64,000 nucleotides of DNA from Gammaproteobacteria bacterium (GTDB taxonomy: Bacteria; Pseudomonadota; Gammaproteobacteria; Ga0077536), in the NCBI GenBank assembly GCA_963662545.2, contig CAXXLL010000003.1:2048001-2112000 (forward strand). The letters are read 5' to 3'. Position numbers and translations under genes: made by a program. Position 1 is the stretch's first letter; each line of letters opens with the position of its first letter. Positions 60,296 to 64,000 of the stretch are shown here, in pieces. The notes under the pieces were generated by a model. That model made no database searches. It was not told where the DNA came from and saw only the letters and a list, made by a program, of their open reading frames with translations.

Positions 60296-62320
60296 ATGAT
60301 GGCAGTCGATGTTGGCGGTACGTTCACCGATGTCGTGACCGTCGTAGGGGGCGAGATCCGCACCGCCAAAGTTTCTACCGACGTCAATCACGTCGACAAC
60401 AGCGTGATCGCCGGCGCCGCAGAATTGGCGGTAAAGAATGCCACGGTCTTCAACCACGCCAGCACCCATGGGTTGAACGCGATCATCACGCGCTCGCTGC
60501 CGAAGATCGGTTTCCTGACGACCATGGGGCATCGCGATATTCTCGATATCGGCCGTACGTGGCGGCCGGCGAAGGCCTTGACCGATCCCCGATGGCGGCG
60601 CTCGTTTGGCGACACTATGAAACCGCTGGTGGAACGTTACCTGCGTCGCGGTGTTGCGGAACGGATCATGGCCTCCGGGGAAATCTTTGCGCCGCTGGAC
60701 GAAGAGCAGGCGCGCGAGGAAATTCGTGTATTAGCGAAATGCAAGGTCGAAGGCGTGGCAATCTGTCTGCTCAATGCCTATACCAATGACGTACATGAAG
60801 TGCGCCTGCGTGAACTGGTCAAGGAAGAATTGGGCGATATTCCCTGTTCGGTATCGAGCGAAATTTCTCCGCTCGCCAAGGAATACGCGCGCGCGTCGAC
60901 CTCTTTGGTCGATGTGTTTATGAAGATCATCTACGAGGAATACGCTGAGCGGCTCGACGCCGGCTTACGCGATCTTGGATTTGCCGGGCAGTTGAATTTC
61001 GCGGACTGTACGGCGAACCTCATCCCGGCCGCCGACGCGATGGCGAACCCCTTTCGTCTGGTGTTCTCGGGACCTGCGGCGGGGACGGTCGGCAGCGCCC
61101 ATTTCGGCACCCTGATCGACGAGCCCAACCTTTTATGTGCCGACGTCGGTGGCACGAGCTGTGACATCAGCCTGGTCACGAACGGCCAACCCTTCGTCAA
61201 CACCACTTTCGAGATCGAACACGACCTTATCGTCAATGCCCTGTCGAACGATATCTCGAGTATCGGTGCGGGCGGCGGTAGCCTCGTTGCGATTTCTCCG
61301 ACCGGCGATATCACGGTGGGCCCGGAAAGCGCCGGCGCCGATCCCGGCCCCGCGTGTTATGGCCGCGGTGGTTCGCAACCGACGATAACGGATGTCTGTG
61401 TCCTCGCCGGCTTGATCGATCCAGCCGGTTTCGCAGGCGGTAAAATGGCGCTCGATCCCGAACTATCGCGACGCGCCTTCGAGGCGCTGGACACGCCGCT
61501 AGCATTCGAACAGCGCGTGCGTTACGCCTATGACATCGGTTTGAACAACATCGCCGAAGGGATCTTCAATATCGCGGTCAAGAACGGTATCGACCCGAGA
61601 AATTACACACTCATGGCCTACGGTGCCGCAGGGCCCTTACTGCTCCCTGCAATAGCCGATCTAATCCACGTGCGGCGCGTGGTGGTACCCCCGCATCCCG
61701 GCTTGTTTTCTGCGCTGGGGTTGTTGAGCGCGGACCAGGCCTATTCGAGCAGCCGGAGCGCCTATACGGTTTTGACGCCGGATACAGCCGACGCCATCGA
61801 TGCGGTTTACCGAACGATGGAAGACAAGCTGCTCGAGAGACTTCGCGAGCATGCGAACGTCGAGCTCATTCGATCGTTTGACGGCCAGCTGGTCGGGCAG
61901 ACCTGGGAGACCCCTTTCATTAACGTGCCGGCCGGCCCAATCACCACCGAGACCATCGACACGATGATCCAGAACTTTCATGTGGCTTACGAAGAACGCA
62001 ACGGTAATCGCTTTGAATCGATTCCGGTTCAGGGCGTGACTTATCGGATTCGGGCCGTCGTGCCCACTGACAACGTGAATTACGCGACCTTGCCTGAGCG
62101 TGATGGTGAACCGCTGCGCGGCATTGACACTACCGTGTTGCGTTACGTGTCGGATGCAGAACAATTGGCGCAAGTCTACAATCGCGAGATGCTGTGCGCT
62201 AACGACGAAATCCATGGACCTGCGATCGTTCGCGAACCGTTGTCCACGACTTATATCACCCAGAACCAATTGGGACGAGTCGGCAGCTTCGGTGAGATCA
62301 GCATCGAGAAAATTGGATAA
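60296..62320 (+). CDS. Hydantoinase/oxoprolinase subunit A family (ATP-dependent)
   Basis: AVDVGGTFTD, SGPAAG, DVGGTSCD, IGAGGGS, GPESAGADPGPACY. Confidence 0.93.
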   Translation: MMAVDVGGTFTDVVTVVGGEIRTAKVSTDVNHVDNSVIAGAAELAVKNATVFNHASTHGLNAIITRSLPKIGFLTTMGHRDILDIGRTWRPAKALTDPRWRRSFGDTMKPLVERYLRRGVAERIMASGEIFAPLDEEQAREEIRVLAKCKVEGVAICLLNAYTNDVHEVRLRELVKEELGDIPCSVSSEISPLAKEYARASTSLVDVFMKIIYEEYAERLDAGLRDLGFAGQLNFADCTANLIPAADAMANPFRLVFSGPAAGTVGSAHFGTLIDEPNLLCADVGGTSCDISLVTNGQPFVNTTFEIEHDLIVNALSNDISSIGAGGGSLVAISPTGDITVGPESAGADPGPACYGRGGSQPTITDVCVLAGLIDPAGFAGGKMALDPELSRRAFEALDTPLAFEQRVRYAYDIGLNNIAEGIFNIAVKNGIDPRNYTLMAYGAAGPLLLPAIADLIHVRRVVVPPHPGLFSALGLLSADQAYSSSRSAYTVLTPDTADAIDAVYRTMEDKLLERLREHANVELIRSFDGQLVGQTWETPFINVPAGPITTETIDTMIQNFHVAYEERNGNRFESIPVQGVTYRIRAVVPTDNVNYATLPERDGEPLRGIDTTVLRYVSDAEQLAQVYNREMLCANDEIHGPAIVREPLSTTYITQNQLGRVGSFGEISIEKIG

Positions 62321-62336
62321 TCTTTCGGAGAAATTC

Positions 62337-64000
62337 ATGACCTAGCAAGCCCGGTCTGTACCGTCCGAACGGCAAATACCGACAACAAAGCTGCATGACT
62401 GGACGGAAGAGAAGTTCGCCGACGCCTATCAATGCGATCGGTTTACCGCCACCGTTCTCGGCAACCGCCTGCGCTATACCGTCGCGCATATGAGTACGGG
62501 TCTTATGTTCAGCTCGTTCTCTCCGATCATTCGCGATTGGTATGACTTCGCGATCACGGTTTCCGGGCCGCCCGACATGGACTACCTCATGCCGGCGGTC
62601 AGCAGCAGCCTGGTCGTGTTTCTTGGCACCATGGAAGACGCCGTTCGCAATACCGTCCAAGAATACGGACCGGAGAACCTGAAGCCCGGCGATGTCTTGG
62701 TCTGTAACGACCCCTACCGGGTCGGTACGCATGTCAATGATGTTTGCTTTATTCGCCCGGTGTTCTTCGAGGGTAAACTGATCGCTTTCGTCAATGTACG
62801 TGCTCACCAACTCGACATGGGCGGCGTGGTGCCGGGTGGTTTCAGCGGGACCAAGGCCAATGTCTACGAAAATGGTCTGGTACTGGGCCCGATGCTCTTG
62901 TTCGAGCACGACAAACCCGTGCGTTCAACCTTCAGCCTCGTTTTCGACAACACGCGTTTGGCGGCCTTACTGCAACCGGATTTCATGACCATGTTTCAGC
63001 AACTCCAGCTTGGAGAACGGTTGATCGTGGAGAGTATCGCGCGCTACGGCCTCGACGCCTTTCGCGGCACCATGCGTTACTGTTGTGACGCTTCTGCTGA
63101 AGCCATGCGCGATGCGTTTCAAAAATTACCCGATGGCGTTTATTACGCTGAAGAACAGTTGGACGCCGACGGCGCTGGTGACGACGAAGAGATCGTCGTG
63201 TGCGCGAAAATTACGAAGCTGGGGAGCCGGGTCGAAATTGACTTGAGCGGTTCATCCAGACAAGCGCGAACCTGTATTAACGCGGGCCCGCTGGATGCAA
63301 AAACTGCGATAGGGGCGGCATTCAAACTGCTGTTCGATCGTGAAACACCGTTTACCTCCGGTGCTTACCGCGACATAGACATCGTCGTACCCCCCGGCAC
63401 GATCTTGAGTGCAATGCCGCCGGACGGCGCCATCATGCTGTATTGGGAAGTCACCCAGGCGCTATTGACCGCAGTACTGCGCGAACTCGGAGCAGCACTC
63501 GGCGAAGATGCCTTTGGCGGCGATTACGGTTCAATCGCCGTGCACAATGCGCATGGCCTGCGTGCCGACGGCAGTGCCTGGACTAACGTCGGGACCTGCG
63601 GCGGCGAGCATGGCCCCTGGGGCGCGGACAAGAATCACGACGGTGACAGCTACACCGTAACCTACATGGTAAATGGGTTAGATCCAGCGACCGAGGCGAT
63701 AGAACAAGATTCGCCGGTGCTCATGCTGCGCAAGGAATATGCTATCGACACCGGCGGGGCCGGCTTGAATCGGGGCGGCGCGGGCGTCATCAAGGATACT
63801 TGCTGGTTAACCGATGCGGAGCATTACGCCATGCCCTTGCGGGTCAAGAAGGCGACGGGAAACGGCGCCTTCGGCGGTGCAGCGGGTCAGGTGGGCGCGG
63901 CATGGTTTTTCGAACCGGATTCGAAGGCTTTATCGGATGTTGGTTCGATGCTGCCGGTTGAGGATGGCGTTTATGAAGAGTCAACCCCGATCGCGGGCGT
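62337..64000 (+). CDS. Hydantoinase B/oxoprolinase family, partial at window edge; in-frame TAG at codon 3
   Basis: GGAG-N6-ATG ACC TAG, then open frame DRFTATVLGNRL..SPIIRDWYDF..GDVLVCNDPYRVGTHVND..HQLDMGG. Confidence 0.85.

Noticed and set aside
10666-62345. Genome-wide reassignment of TAG (or TGA) to an amino acid
   Set aside because: TAG ends complete proteins at their expected termini (OMP ...RYGF at 10668, cyclase 38803, enoyl-CoA hydratase 54297) and TGA ends many others (TonB receptor terminal Phe, kinase); in-frame stops are sporadic

Overview
High-GC bacterial chromosomal segment, probably a Gram-negative environmental gammaproteobacterium (TonB receptor, beta-barrel OMP, MlaC, lipoproteins). 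No rRNA, tRNA or CRISPR array was seen. Main blocks: (1) 0.6-14.2 kb holds a TonB receptor, an OmpR-type two-component system, surface-glycan genes, PepSY, an OMP and MlaC. These share phased TTAACC-like boxes, include an unannotated 26-aa ORF, and an 8.1-kb stretch is bracketed by a ~95-bp direct repeat of the kinase 3' end. (2) 14-28.6 kb holds amide/xenobiotic catabolism genes (N,N-dimethylformamidase-like pair, two amidases, GSTs, a heme-c propeller protein). (3) 28.7-36.8 kb is a PspA/YjfI/DUF350 envelope module joined to a membrane-anchored polyamine aminopropyltransferase, SAM decarboxylase, a K+ channel, an M50 peptidase and a DUF6471 regulator. (4) 43-59 kb has three in-frame-UGA selenoprotein candidates that the ORF track splits (two AhpD-like CxxU proteins and a UGSC protein with its thioredoxin-fold partner). 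(5) A hydantoinase/oxoprolinase A/B operon runs off the right edge. There are also IS remnants, MITE/REP-like repeats, gene scraps and three in-frame stops that look like lesions or errors. All calls come from motif recognition by eye; no database search was run.
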